Of a stretch of 64,000 nt of DNA, positions 47,780 to 61,506 are shown one piece after another. The stretch's first letter is position 1; each line of letters opens with the position of its first letter. A program made the translations under genes and the position numbers. The notes under the pieces were generated by a model that saw only the letters and a program-made list of their open reading frames with translations, was not told the origin of the DNA and searched no databases. The stretch is from Octopus vulgaris (taxonomy: Eukaryota), in assembly GCA_951406725.2 (NCBI GenBank), contig OX597817.1:157604001-157668000 (forward strand), read 5' to 3'.

Positions 47780-48385
47780 TTGGCACAAGGTCAACAAGTC
47801 TGGGGAAAAGGAGTAAGTCAATTACATTGAACCCAGTACTCAACTGGTATTTATTTTATCAACCCCAAAAGGATAAAATACAAAATCAACCTCGACAGAA
47901 TTTGATCTCAGAATGTAAAGACAGACAAAATGCCACTAAGCACTTTGCCCAGCATGCTAATGATTCAGCCAGTCTGTCGTCTTGGTATACTCTTTACTCT
48001 TTTACTTGTTTCAGTCATTTGACTGCGGCCATGCTGGAGCACCACCTTTAGTCGAGCAAATCGACCCCAGGATTTATTCTTTGTAAGCCTAGTACTTATT
48101 CTATTGGTCGCTTTTGCTGAACTGCTAAGTTATGGGAACACAAACACACCAGCATCGGTTGTCAAGCGATGTTGGGGGGACAAACACACACACACACACA
48201 CACATATATATACATATATACGACAAGCTTCTTTCAGTTTTCATCTACCAAATTCACTCATAAGGCTTTGGTAGGCCCAAGGCTATAGTAGAAGATACTT
48301 GCCAAAGGTGCCACCCAGTGGGACTGAACCCGGAATCATGTGGTTGGTAAGCAAGCTACTTACCACGCAGCCACTCCTGCACCTA
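47780..48385 (-). mobile_element. Degenerate SINE B (47780-47980) followed by SINE A (47989-48385)
   Basis: Consensus matches to both families. Confidence 0.85.
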
Positions 48386-49319
48386 ATACCTAATAATATT
48401 GTTGATGTGCTGCTTAAGGTACTTGATTTACTACTTAAGGTGTCTGATACAATAATTACTAAAATAGCAATATAGCAGGGGGTTATGAATAAATATATAT
48501 TCAGTCTCATATCCATATATATTTAGTCTTGGTGTGAAATTAAGCTTGGATGAGAATCGCACTAACTAGTTTCATTGTCATTTAACAATTCATTAAGTTT
48601 TGCTGCTCACCTTTTCATCATAAAACGCAAATGATAGTAACGAAAGGCTACTTATTAAAGTGTAGACAAAACTTCTGACTGACACATCTTATTGAGATAA
48701 TAACAATAGTTTGACAGTCTGACAATAGTTACTGGAGTAAGAATGTAACAACATGAGTTGTGAGTAAATAAGTATTGATGGCCTCATCTTTATGCATTCA
48801 ATCTTGAAAGAAGCCAGCAAAAAGGTCAATAAAGAGATCAACAAAATGATCAATGAGGTCAAGGAAAAGGTTGATGAGGTCAAGAAAAAGGTTAATGGGG
48901 TCAAGAAATCTAACTCCAACACTGGTTTTGCTTTGTGTTAGAGTGTAACGGGGATGTGAGTATATGTAAAGTGTAGGGGTGTTTTTGCAAGTATGTATAT
49001 CAACACTGTGTACATATGTGCCTGATTGTATGTGTTCTGTTAATGTGTATGCATAGTACATATATCATGTATGAATATATGGATGTGAAGTGTGCATGCA
49101 TTTGTATTTTTGGTGCAATGCTTGTGTGCATATACATGTAATCTAGTGCGTGTGTATGTGTAATCTATCTGTCCGTCTGTCTCTCTTTCTCTCTATACAC
49201 ACACCACATATATTGTCAGTAAATCATAAAACCCAGGGTTTTGTGTCCATTAAGTGCTTTGCTTTACATGTCTCATCAGACCCTAATGGTTAGTTTATAT
49301 ATATATATATGTGTATGTA

Positions 49320-49456
49320 TAAAAAATATATATAAAAATACAAAATGGGACAAGAATGCAAAACATTCAAATAGAAGACACAAAAAAACGGACGGGTCAT
49401 TCGAAGCCTCTAATCTTCAGTCAAGAACCGGATCATCCTTGCAATTTCGGCTGACA
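49320..49456 (-). mobile_element. Short element beside (TA)n with degenerate hammerhead-like boxes (possible PLE pLTR piece)
   Basis: Minus strand cagccGAAAttgc…gaCTGAAGAttagaggcttcGAAtgacccgtc. Stems are imperfect. Confidence 0.3.
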
Positions 49457-50039
49457 CATACACACATCTGGTGGGATGTGTGTAAAAGTATATATGTATA
49501 TGAGTTGTGTGTGTCCAGTGGGGAATATATGTGCCACAGAAACTATGAACTCTGAGTCTATGTGACTTTTGAAGGATCTTTATATATTCTCGGCTTTGTT
49601 GGGGTAAAAACAAAAGATTAATGATTCTCCGTATTTCCAGAATATAAACTGAAGTCAACTGTTTTAAATGATCGATTATGATGATAATGATGTGTTGAAA
49701 TTAGGGTGCAATTATGGAAGTACACACGTCAGAATGCATTATCAATCTGCCAATGTTGTTTATCCTTAGGTTAACCTTATCAAGCACACCTGTAATCAAA
49801 AGCATTCCAGCTCTGACCATCCAATCTTATTCAGGCATAGTGCAACCAGGAATACATTACCCGATATGTTCTTGTGGGTTTTTTTTTTAAAACTAGCATG
49901 ATTTACTATTTCTAACATGTTGAATGGCTATGTAAAAACTTCCTCATTGTCTGTTTTATTGGTGGGCTGGCTGTGTGTGTGTTTTTGAGAGAGAGAGAGA
50001 AAGAAAGAGAGACAGAGACAGTAAAAGAAAGAACATCTG

Positions 50040-50093
<54 letters not shown>

Positions 50094-50519
50094 TGTATAT
50101 GTGAAGCAAATTCAAAAGGGACAACGCTTAAGCAGAAGATTTTTATAGAAATCCCAACTTGAAAGTAATTCCTTTAAAGTAATATTTAAGTATTTTCCCA
50201 TCCCCTTTTTCTATTTTCTTACCCTTTCTCAATTTCCCTCTTTTATTTTTTTTTACCATTATTTTAACATTTGAAAAATAAAACAAAAAAAGCAGGAAAC
50301 AAACAAAAGAAAAGAAAAGAAATTTACCTGGCGTTTCTCAAATATTCCTGTTTTTTTAATTGATATTATTTTAGTAGGGCAAATAGACTGTGCCTCCTTA
50401 TTCAAGGAGATGTGAGTGACATCCTATGAATCATGTTCCTTTCCTCTGCAAAATATCAAAACATAAGCGGGTATTGAATTGAGTTTATTTTTGATAAAAC
50501 AAGAAAAGGAAATACACAA

Positions 50520-51035
50520 TAGGTGCAGGTTTGACAAGAAGTTTGACAAGAAGTTTGCTTCCCAACCACAAGAAGATTCTGGTTCATTGCACTGAATGGA
50601 ACCTTGCACAAGTGATTTTTACTATAGCTCTAAGCCAACCAAAATCTTGTAAATTGATAAGGTACGCAGAAACTGAAAGAAACCCATCACGCATGCATGC
50701 TCATGTGTAAAATGCGTGTGTGTATGAGAGAGAGAGAGAGAGAGAGAGAGAGCAAGAGAGAGAGAGAGCAAGAGAGAGAGAGAGAGCAAGAGAGAGAGAG
50801 AGAGCAAGAGAGAGAGAGAGAGTGAGTGTGTGTGTGTGTTACTGTCTCTTTGCCTTAACATCACATGATGGTTATAAACGAGTGTCACCCTTATGCAGGT
50901 GGTGTCTTCATTTCTGATATTCTTGAAAACAGGTTGGTGACAAGAAGGGCATCCAGCTGTAGAAAATCCAACAACAAAATTCTGTCCAATTCTTGCAATC
51001 ACGGAAAAGTGGACATTAAAATGATGATGATGATA
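50520..51035 (+). mobile_element. Old SINE A-related copy with expanded (GA)n and RTE-like tail
   Basis: aagaagtttgcttcccaaccac…gaagggcatccagctgtagaaa…gatgatgatgat. Confidence 0.65.
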
Positions 51036-51104
51036 AGGTATGTGCCAATCAGATTATGATTAGCACAAGCTTTCCTATTTTACGATCAATATATTCTCAA
51101 ACTT

Positions 51105-51745
51105 CATCTGTCTTTGTGTTCTGAGTTCAAATTCTGCCGAGGTCAACTTTGCCTTTCATTCTTTTGGAAGTCAATAAATTAAGCACCAGTTGAATACTGA
51201 GGTTGATCTAATCGACTGGCACCCTCCCAAAAAATTTCAGCCCTTGTGCCTAGAGAAGAAAAGAATATATTCTCAAACTAAGGCAGTGAGCTGGCAGAAT
51301 CATTAGCATGCTGGGTAAAATGCTTAATGGTATTTTGTTTGTCTTTATGTTCTGAGTTCAAATTCCACCAAGTTCAATTTTGCCTTTTATCCTTTCAGGG
51401 TCAATAAAGTAAGTACCAGCTGAGCACTGTGGTTGATATAACTGACTTCACTCATCCCCCTTCGAAATTGTGGGCCTAGTGCTAAAGTCTATATATATAT
51501 ATATATATATAATGTATGTATGTATGTGTGCGTATATGTTTGTGTGTCTGTGTTTGTCCCCACCAACATCGCTTGACAACCAATGCTGGTGTGTTTATGT
51601 CCCTGTAACTTAGCGGTTCGGCAAAAGAGACCAATAGAATAAGTACTAGGCTTACGAAGAATAAGTCCTGGAGTTGATTTGCTCGACTAATATGCGGTGC
51701 TCCAGCATGGCCACAGTCAAATGACTGAAACAAGTAAAAGAGAGA
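51105..51745 (+). mobile_element. Two SINE B copies plus the 3' half of a SINE A
   Basis: ctgagttcaaatt…tttgccttt cores at ~51120 and ~51350. SINE A 3' half from ~51490. Confidence 0.8.
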
Positions 51746-52176
51746 CTTTTATATACCATTGCAATGCCTATAAATGGCCATTAAGAAAATGAAAGATGCC
51801 ATTATACATCAACCCAGGTTGCAAGATCTCTCACCTCCCAAATTGCAGCTGAGCCATCTGTTCACTGCTTACTTTGCAAAGTCCTCCTACGCAATGACCC
51901 TGTAATACTTACACCTCTGCAGGTAAATCCAACACACTTGCTGCCCGTTTTGCTTTTGAACATACACAAACAAATAAAATTCCTTCTCCTGTCAGCTGTG
52001 CCTGTCACACAATTGTGTACATAGCCACCAAGTTATCTTGCTAGGAAAAATTTTAATCTCCCTCAAGTCGCAATCTAATGTCTTAAGAAAAGACATATCA
52101 TTTCATGTATTTTACAACCCTAAAAAAAGAAGGAATTGATCATAGTTGGTTTGTATTCAATCACAAGTTTGCTTAA

Positions 52177-52396
52177 CCCTTTTGTTACCAACCCGGCTGA
52201 AACTGGCTCTGGATCTGAGTACAAATGTCTTGTTTTCATAAGTTTTAAATTGAAGTATACCACCAAACCTTAGTTACAATTTATGTTCCTAACACTAGCT
52301 GAATGATAACTAAGTTATTTTACTAAATTCTTTGTTATATCTAAAGTAATTGAAAGTAACACAGAGAACCTCAAAATAAATACAGTAACAAAAGGG
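52177..52396. mobile_element. piggyBac-type MITE (family of 23345-23565)
   Basis: TTAA|cccttttgttac…gtaacaaaaggg|TTAA. Confidence 0.9.
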
Positions 52397-52536
52397 TTAA
52401 TCAGGGTTAATTTTGAGTTAAACAACAATAACAACAAATACCAAACAACAAAAACCACCTCAACAAAGCAACTGGTCCTGATGGTGACCTTCCATCTCAA
52501 ACTGTAAACTCCATAGTTAGCTCTTATCTTCATTAA

Positions 52537-53117
52537 CCCCTTACCCAACAATTATTTTGAAAATAAATGTATTTTTTCAGACATATTTTTTAATTGTTTT
52601 ATTTTACTATGTTTTGAATGGTGATTTCGAGGTATATTTCAAACCTTATTTATTATGAATTTTAATTCAATAATATTGATTTTAAATTACCGCTTTGGGC
52701 AGAAACGAGTTAACCTGTTTTTTTCATAAATCATATTACTTTTACAAAAAATCATGTTATTTTATTTGGTTATCGACATGGAGTTATAATATAAAAGTAT
52801 AAAAAAAAACAATGTAAAAGCAAAGTGAATACTTCTATTCATAAAATGTGCCTTCCAACCCTTCGACTGTCTCCAGGTGACTAAATCATACTCGGTCTTC
52901 AATGCCTTACTCAAGTGAAAGGTGGCAGAAATCGTCACTGCCAGACGTATAAAGTGAACGAATATACTCGTATATGTCAAAAAAGAGTTTATAATAGACA
53001 AAGGAACTCGTTTGCTGTCGATTTTGGCGAGTCTATCTTTTGACGAGTTAACTCGCCAGAGATAGGAAAAAACGATTTTGGTCAAAACGCATATATTCGT
53101 TTCTGCCGGGTAAGGGG
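52537..53117. mobile_element. piggyBac-type non-autonomous element (~580 bp)
   Basis: TTAA|ccccttaccc…gggtaagggg|TTAA. Confidence 0.82.
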
Positions 53118-53384
53118 TTAAACATTTCAATAGTTCTTTTTCTAATTACAGACTTTCTCTCTTATTGACTCATCTCGGTTAGATCCATCGGGGCCTTTCA
53201 CTATCAGAATTGTTCAAGAGAACTTTGCTCGGTGCTTCTTCCCCAGAACTGCAACTGCCAAGATCTCAAACCTTGCTCAAGCTCTTCTTACAGACAAAAG
53301 TTGAAGCTAAACATCACGTCATCGACCTCACTAGTTAGTTCCATGAGCATGCCTGTTCATTCTTCCTGCAGCATGGCATTCTAC

Positions 53385-54045
53385 TTAATTAAAACCATGA
53401 TATGAACCACATGGTTCTAAGTTCAGTCCCCCTATGTGGCACCTTGGGTAAGTGCTTTTTATTATAACCCTGGGCCGAACAAAGCCATATGAATAGATTT
53501 AGTAGATGAGACCTGAAAGAAGCCTCTCTGTGTGTGTGTGTGTATGCTTATATCTATTCCTTTACTAGCCACAAGGGGCTAAACACAGAGAGGACAAACA
53601 AGGACAGACAACGGGATTATGTCGATTATATCGACCCCAGTGTGTAACTGGTACTTATTTAATCAATCCCGAAAGAATGAAAGGCAAAGTCGACCTCGGC
53701 GGAATTTGAACTCAGAACGTAATGACAGACGAAATACTGCTAAGCATTTTGCCCGGTGTGCTAAGGATTCTGCCAGTTCGCCGCCTTGTGTGTGTGTATG
53801 CTTATATCTCCTTGTCTCGACATTGCATAACAGCTGTAAATGAGTGTCACTGTCATACAAGCAGTGTCAATCATTAACAATATACTGTAAAAACATGAGT
53901 TGTCATGGGGAAATATTAGCCTGCTTGGGAAAAGGTGAGGATTGGTAACAGGAAAGGCATCTGGCAGTAGAAAATCTGCCTCAAAAACCTCCAACCAACC
54001 CATACAAGCATAGAAAAGTGCACATAGAATGATGATACTATGATG
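53385..54045 (+). mobile_element. Old SINE A-related copy with a minus-strand SINE B inserted at ~53555-53786
   Basis: tgtgtgtgtgtatgcttatatct is duplicated on both sides of the SINE B. Confidence 0.8.
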
Positions 54046-54367
54046 AACACAGATATATAATAGACGAAACGAAGATTCAGATATTGGTGATTAAGGGCAA
54101 GTTTGATGTTTATGAGAAATGAATACCTCTTTAGATTTACAGCATTGAAAACTAAAACCACACGTATGAAAAGAATTTTAAGTTGGTTTCAATATTTAGC
54201 GTTCTATTTTAGCTGCTTGTTTGCTTTCAATGTGCAGAATATTTACAATGGTTTTTCAAATATTTAATACTCATTAGAAAATTGCATGGCTGCTTAAGCA
54301 TTCACAACACAAAACACATGCAATCGCTACAGTGTTAGATGTAGAACATCAAGGTCCCACAATTGTA

Positions 54368-54630
54368 TGATGATGATGACGAGGAGGAAGAGGAGGAGGA
54401 GAAGAAGAAGAAGAGGAGGAGGAGGAAGAGGAGGAGAAGAAGAAGAAGAGGAGGAGAGAAGAAGAAGAGAAGAAGAAGAAGAAGAAGAAGAAGAAGAAGA
54501 AGAAGACAAAGAAAATGAAGAAGAACAAGAAGAGGAGTAGGAAGAAGAAGACGAAGGAGAAGAAGAAGGGGAAGAAGAAGAAGAAGAAGAAGAAGAATAA
54601 GAAGAAGAAGAAAAAGAAGAAGAAGAAATA
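54368..54630. repeat. (GAA)n/(GAG)n purine-rich microsatellite
   Basis: Directly visible. Source of spurious poly-S/poly-L ORFs. Confidence 0.95.
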
Positions 54631-55188
54631 GCAATGTTATTTAGCTGGGCTTACAAAGGCACTACGTTTACTGAAATTCTTGCTCAATTCCACTAATTTC
54701 AGTGGTTATAATTAATTCAATTGAAAACTACTCCACAACGATAATGATGAGAGAGATAGAGAGAGGGGGGGGAGAGAGATAATTGCATGAAGGTAAAGTG
54801 AAAAATAAAAATAGGAAATTACCATGCTGCAACTTGGTGGCGGTGATGGTGTCAGCAATGGCAAAAACACCAATATTTATTTTGAAGAAGTGAAAAACAT
54901 AAAGAGGAAAAGGCAAAAGTGGAAAGAGGCTGAGAAAAAGAGAAGTTTCATTTCTAATCCTCCACAGCCACTTAATAGAGCTCAATATCAAGCATTGATT
55001 TATTATTAGTTGCAGAAGGTGGTGGTGGGATGAAGAATTTTTTTTTTTTTTGCTAATGGTTGAAAAATTTACAATATTTCGCTGTATTTTAATCAGTTGC
55101 TGAAGAACATAAACTATCAAAGCTTTTTTCTGGCAAAGTAACATTTGAAATGGAAGGAAATAAAATAGAAATGGTAAAATGGTAAAAT

Positions 55189-55222
<34 letters not shown>

Positions 55223-55696
55223 CAAACAACTCGTTTACTTTCTGAGAATAGAAAAGAAAAATCACAAGAAAACAAGTAAAACAAAAGAAAATCCCATTTA
55301 CCAAAGAACATCTGTGATTCAATTGAAACGAAAATAAGAGGAATAAAGCGAGAAATGATATGGAAATGCAAAAAGAAAGAATAAACAAGATCTTCCAAAA
55401 TATGATAATACCTGAGAAAATGAGATGTTAGAAATTGAGGCTGGCGGCTATATCGGGTAAAACAAGATGCTCAAAGTAGGAAATTAATTCAAATGTTACG
55501 AGATAAGGAACATGATGAGGAGAGAGAACATATGGTTAACACAGAATGTCAGAAATCTCGGGAGAGTCAACCAGAAGAGGGTTATTAAATTGTTGTTATT
55601 GAAATTACCGTGTGTTTGTTTATAAGTTAGATTTTGTGTTATATGATGATGCTAGGAGAAATTTTACTGTTTGAAAAAAAAACCAGAAAATCTCAT

Positions 55697-56300
55697 TTAT
55701 CTTTTTACATGTTTCAGTCATTGGACTGCGGCCATGCTGGAGCACTGCCTTTAATTTTTTTTTTAGTTGAACGAATTGACCCCAGTACTTATTTTAAGCT
55801 TGGTACTTACCCTATCGGTCTCTTTGGCCGAACTGCTAAGTTATGGGGACGTAAATATACCAACACGAGTTGTCTCGTGGTACTGGATGGGACAAACACA
55901 GACACACACAGATATATATATATATATACATACACATATATATATATATACAACGGGCTTCTTTCAGTTTCTGTCGACCAAATCCACTTACAAGGCTTTG
56001 GTCAGCCTGATGCTATAATAGAAGACACTTGCCCAAGGTGCCACGCAGTGGGACTGAACCCAGAACTATGTGGTTGGGAAGCAAGCTTCTTGTTTCTTTA
56101 TTGCTCACAAGGGGCCAAACAAGGACAGAAAAAGGGATAAAGTCGATTACATCGACCCCAGTGCATAACTGGTACTTAATTTATCGACCCTGAAAGGATG
56201 AAAAGCAAAGTCAACCTCAGCAGAATTTGAACTCAGATGAAATGCTTAGTGGTTTCAGCTGTCTTTAGCAAGCTTCTTAGCACACAGTCACTTCTGTGCC
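55697..56300 (-). mobile_element. SINE A with a nested SINE B fragment (~56091-56265)
   Basis: agcaagcttctt is repeated at ~56080 and ~56267 around the SINE B piece. Confidence 0.8.
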
Positions 56301-56527
56301 TATATATTTTATTTTCCACTAAAATTTCCAGTCTAAGAATTAACAGATAAAGATGGGTGTCATTCATACCCTATCCAAATTCCTATACTTATCCCAGTAT
56401 ACTGATACCTATTTTATCAAACATAGAAGGAAGAAATGATAAGAAATGAAATACAAACTCCAGCATCAAGGTCTCATGTATATCTTATTCCCTGACAACA
56501 ACTCGTCTTGCTCACTGAAAACATCTA

Positions 56528-56721
56528 TGCTCTGTGTTTCTTTAAATTAATTTTAAATATAACAAAGAATTTAGTAAAATAACTTAGCTACCATTAAGCT
56601 AGTGTTAGGAACATGAACTGTGACTAAGATTTGGTGGAAGATTTTAATTCAAAACTTAAGAAAACAAGACATTTGTACTACAGAGCCAGAGGCGGTTTGG
56701 GCTGGGTTGGTAATGAAAGGG
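56528..56721. mobile_element. piggyBac-type MITE, one end lost
   Basis: Reverse complement of the 23345 family, ending ggtaatgaaaggg|TTAA. Confidence 0.85.
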
Positions 56722-58507
56722 TTAATCTGTCAATTTTGTCCTTATTTTGTCAGTATTTCAGGATATCTGAATGTGTAACAGCGGCACCATCGTATACAAC
56801 CTATATAAACAAGCAGTACTGCAATGTGAGTCTGGAGTTGGAGTTTGAGTGAACCAAGCGCACTAAATGCAAAGGAATTACAGCAGTTGGAAATGAATGC
56901 ATAAAGATGGTCCTGGACGTGCAATGTTAACAGGCAGGCAAGTTGAAAGCTGATGAAGTAATTTGATGATATACGCAGCCTTAGTATAGACATGTAATAC
57001 AGTTATATGGTATGAGTGAGATGAAAGATTGATGTGAGTTGCAGAAGGAAGGAAACCACAGGAGGAATAAACCAAGGTTAATTTCAGAAAAGAATTGTTA
57101 GAACAGACTGGAAAATATTAGCAGTCACAAATAGATGTAGTATAATTAGAATTACACAATGCTAGTTTGCAAGATAGAAAATGTTGAGCATGCCTAGCCA
57201 GACATAAAAATCAGTAATATTTTCTTAGATATTGTTTAGCAGTTTCTATTTGTTGGAGAAGAAGTTGCAATACTGAAGCCCCACGCTTGACTATTAAGAA
57301 TAAAGTGATATAGTTTCACCTGAGAACTGAAATAAGGTTATGCAGTGTGATAAGAACTTACTATCGCATCTTAGCACCCACTACCATCCCCCCCCTTTTT
57401 TTATATGCATACACACAGCACACATATATTGCAACTAGTGCATTAACATGTGCACAGAAAATTAGTTACCAAAAATAAAGCATTATAGTTATTTTTTACA
57501 TTCAGTAGGTACATACTTTTATCACAGGGGAAAAAGTGCTTAGCATGATATTTTCACATACACTACTGAAAATTAAGGGCACCATTCTCTCTAAGCTATG
57601 TACATGTGCATGCACAGACATTTTGCAATTAGCACACAAAAGAAATTAATATCTGCACAGAAGATTAGTTGGCTAAAATAAGCATTAAATATGAATTATA
57701 CTTCTTTTTTGACATTTAGTGTGCGTATATACTTTCGTCACAGGAAAAAAATGTGCGCAGTATATTTTTGCGCACAATTACGACTGAAAATAAAGGGAAT
57801 GTTGCCTAATTACCACTAAAACAATAAAAATAAATTATGGAATTAATGAAGATTAGCAAAACATTTGAAGCTATCTGCAAACGCAGAAGAATTCCAGCGA
57901 GCGAAAAGAAAGAAGACAACGCAGTTTCTGTTTGATAATCAGTGGGTAAGTGGTAACGAAGGTAAGATGCGTTTGAATATTTCCAAGCAAATGTCAAACG
58001 TAGTAAACCAAAACAAACGAGACTATACAATCATATCTTATATTATTATTATTTAACTTTAGAAAAGGAAAAAGAAACACGTAATGACGATACTTAAATA
58101 TATTGTAACAATGGCATGTTTAACTTTATTGATTTGTTGTATAGAATAATATAAAGAGAATGTTACAAACATTTTAATCTCATTATAATATTTGTTTTTC
58201 TTTCTTAGACTTAATCTCATTATCTCATCTTATATTTGTGACCATTAAACCCCATCCTTCACATGCACACACACACATACCAACTCCCACCCAGTTCTTT
58301 TCAGGTCACTATTCACTACTGTTTTCATCTAATCTATGGCTTTTGCCTATCAAACAGTAATGTTATTATAAGTAATATTTGTTCACTTGCATTTCATTGT
58401 TTGTATCCTATATCTATCCTGTATCTATCACTGTTGGTTTCTATGTTGTGCATAATACTAGAAAAACATGACTTATGCTGTATATAATACTAAATGTACA
58501 CAACTTA

Positions 58508-58914
58508 TTCTCTTTACTCTTTTTTTTCTCTTTTACTTGTTTCAGTCATTTGACTGCGGCCATGCTGGAGCACCGCCTTTAATCGAACAACTCAACCCCG
58601 GGACTTATTCTTTTCTAAGCCCAGTACTTATTCTATCGGTCTCTTTTGCCCAACCGCTAGGTAACGGGGATATAAACACACCAGCATCAGTTGTCATGCA
58701 ATGCTAGGGGGACAAACACAGACACACACACGCATATATACACATATATACGACGGGCTTCTTTCAGTTTCCGTCTACCAAATCCACTCACAAGGCCTTG
58801 GTCGGCCCGAGGCTATAGTAGAAGACACTTGCCCAAGGTGCCACGCAGTGGGACTGAACCCGGGACCATGTGGTTGGTAAACAAGCTACTTACCACACAG
58901 CAACTCCTGCGCCT
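58508..58914 (-). mobile_element. SINE family A, young copy
   Basis: CpG-rich consensus-like copy ending cctgcgcct. Confidence 0.93.
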
Positions 58915-59591
58915 ATAATTCTGCATAAAATACTTATTATACAGGACTTAAAGTTCTAAATTTAACCCATCCTTCAATTTCACATTACCCCTCCAACTAA
59001 CATTTCCTATATGTGTTCTACTCATAACATTTTCTAACGAGAGTACTTAAACTAAAGGCATTTCTTTGATAAGATGAAGTTCTCTGGTTTTCTTCCAAGT
59101 AAGGAATATGAAAAGATAGATTCTACTAATACTTGCTTTAAAGGCCTCTATTTCCCTTTCAGCCAGAATCATGCTCTTGAAAACTTAAAAGTTTTCATTT
59201 AGCCTATGTTTCTACCATTAACAAGAACCTCTAACACATTCCATAATAAGGCTTGGATACTTAGTAGATAGACTTGTCCCTCTAACTTTCTGTTCTTGTA
59301 CACACACACATACAACCTCTACATTTACTTAGTTTAACGACTGTCATTGACTTTACCTAGGAAGGAAACATTTTCAGCAGAGAAAACTATGAGGTGAATG
59401 AACTTCTTACACAGATTCAATACTGATTCTTGTTTCAATTTCCCTTTACAGGCTCTGAATCTGCTGCTTTGAATGACATTTGTATGATGGAACAATAGGC
59501 TGTATTAGAATAGATTAAATAAATAACACCCAGATAACATATATAGATAAACTCTTCATTACAAAACAAAAATATTAAGAATTATGTTCAA

Positions 59592-59988
59592 CTAGCAGTA
59601 TCGCCCGGCGTTGCTCGGGTTTATAAGGGAAATAACTATATAAGCATTTTTAGAGAGTTATAGCCAAAAGATAGCAAAAAAATGCATTAAAAATGGGGAA
59701 AAAATGATGGTAAATTTTTTTTTAAATCGTTGACTCATCGTAGACATTTTTAGAGAGTTACTTCCCTTATATAATAGCGAAAAAATGCATTAAAATGGAA
59801 ATAAATGATGGTAAATTTTTTTTAAATCGTAGACTCATCATAGACACGCGCTAATACCCAGAAGGGCTCGATATGAATCACGACTATAAGATACCCGGTT
59901 TTGGTTAAACTGCACCGCAAAATGTGGGAGTAGTTAGGAATCTAAATCATAGGAGACAGACACACAACTTGACTTTTATATATAAAGA
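59592..59988 (-). mobile_element. Non-autonomous Helitron (family of 18386-18778)
   Basis: Same TC/CTAG termini, hairpin and internal ~100-bp duplication. Confidence 0.88.
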
Positions 59989-60099
59989 TATATCTAGAAT
60001 GGTCATAGGATTACTGGATAAGGGCAGAGGACTAGCAACTGTCACATTCTGACTGAGTTCAAACTTGTCCACTTTTGCTATAATCTACAGATATACAAA

Positions 60100-60461
60100 A
60101 GTACACACGGCAGTGGTCAGAGTGTCGTTACGTATTTCCATCCCTTGGAGCTACCAGCTGCGTGGAGAGGGGGGGGGGATCAAACTGCATGGGCAACAGC
60201 TGATCCCTCATACAAACCTGCCCAGGCCTTGTAGCTTAACAGCAAGAGAAGGACCACTACTGCCAAACTAAAGAGAACCAGGCGAAAGGAGCAGCAGCAG
60301 CAACCACAGCTCTCATCCCCTTTCACTTGCACCAGATGTGGTAGAGACTGCCACTCGATGATTGGTCTGCACAGCCACACCAGGAAGTGCAGATAAACCC
60401 ACCACCTTTTCCAAGCTACACCATCATCTCTCAAGATGGACGGATGCCGCCGCCGCCGACA
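60100..60461 (+). mobile_element. RTE-derived element: GC-rich leader joined to the ORF 3' end
   Basis: KLKRTRRKEQQQQ…FTCTRCGRDCHSMIGLHSHTRKCR* then catcatctctcaagatggacggatgcc and a (GCC)n tail. Related to 37418-37858. Confidence 0.75.
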
Positions 60462-61082
60462 TGTCACATTTCACTTGAATCAATTAACCACCACATGGTG
60501 GGATGTGCAATATGGTTGTTTATTTGATGGTGGGGGCTGGTATATTTTGAACAATAGATCAGTAAATTGCACTTAAGTTGACTGCCTGTATTAGATCTGT
60601 TTTGAGTACTAGGACTCATAATGCTGGAGCTTAACTCCATTTCCATGGCATATAAATGGCTGAGATAACAACACTTCCCTCCGAATAGGATGCTGATCCA
60701 TTGCAAGGTTAACTTTTCAGCTATTGCAGCTGAGTGGACTGGAGCAATGTGAAATATAGTATTTTACTCAAGAATACAATGTGGTCTAGGAAGCAAAACC
60801 ACAATCTTACAATCATGAGTGAATCATTGTAACCATTAGGCCAAGCTGGCTACTTACGTACCACAGGTCTATTCAACGAAGGATGCCCTGGGGCTACATA
60901 AGAACAACTCATCATTACAAAATGCTGCTAATATTTGCCTCATGGCAATGTTCTGTCATTCATTTTAGGGTATAGGATTGGCCCCTAGAAGTTGTAATGA
61001 AAAATTAGCCAAAATTTCAACTACAAACTCTTTGTCCACTTAAAGTAAATCTCAACATTTTCCTGAACTTGTGTTTGTAATT

Positions 61083-61312
61083 ACTCTTTTTTTTTACTCT
61101 CTTTTACTTGTTTCAGTCATTTGACTGCGGCCATGCTGGAGCACCGCCTTAAATCGAGCAACTCGACCCCGGGACTTATTCTTTTGTAAGCCCAGTACTT
61201 ATTCTATCGGTCTCTTTTGCCGAACCGCTAAGAAACGGGGACATAAACACACCAGCATCGGTTGTCAAGCAATGCTAGGGAGACAATCACAGACACACAA
61301 ACACACACACGC

Positions 61313-61345
<33 letters not shown>

Positions 61346-61506
61346 TATGACGGGCTTCTTTCAGTTTCCGTCTACCAAATCCACTCAAAAGGCTTTGGTC
61401 GGCCCGAGGCTATAGCAGAAGACACTTGCCCAAGGTGCCACGCAGTGGGACTGAACCCGGAACCATGTGGTTGGTAAACAAGCTACTTACCACACAGCCA
61501 CTCCTG
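61083..61506 (-). mobile_element. SINE family A, young copy
   Basis: Consensus match. Confidence 0.93.

Noticed and set aside
53152-53340. Strong acceptor followed by a ~50-codon open frame
   Set aside because: It contains CFFPRTA, resembling the LINE ORF2 C-terminal SFFPRT motif, so it is more likely decayed LINE than host exon.
54327-54634. Poly-Ser and poly-Leu ORFs
   Set aside because: Read-through of a (GAA)n/(GAG)n microsatellite.
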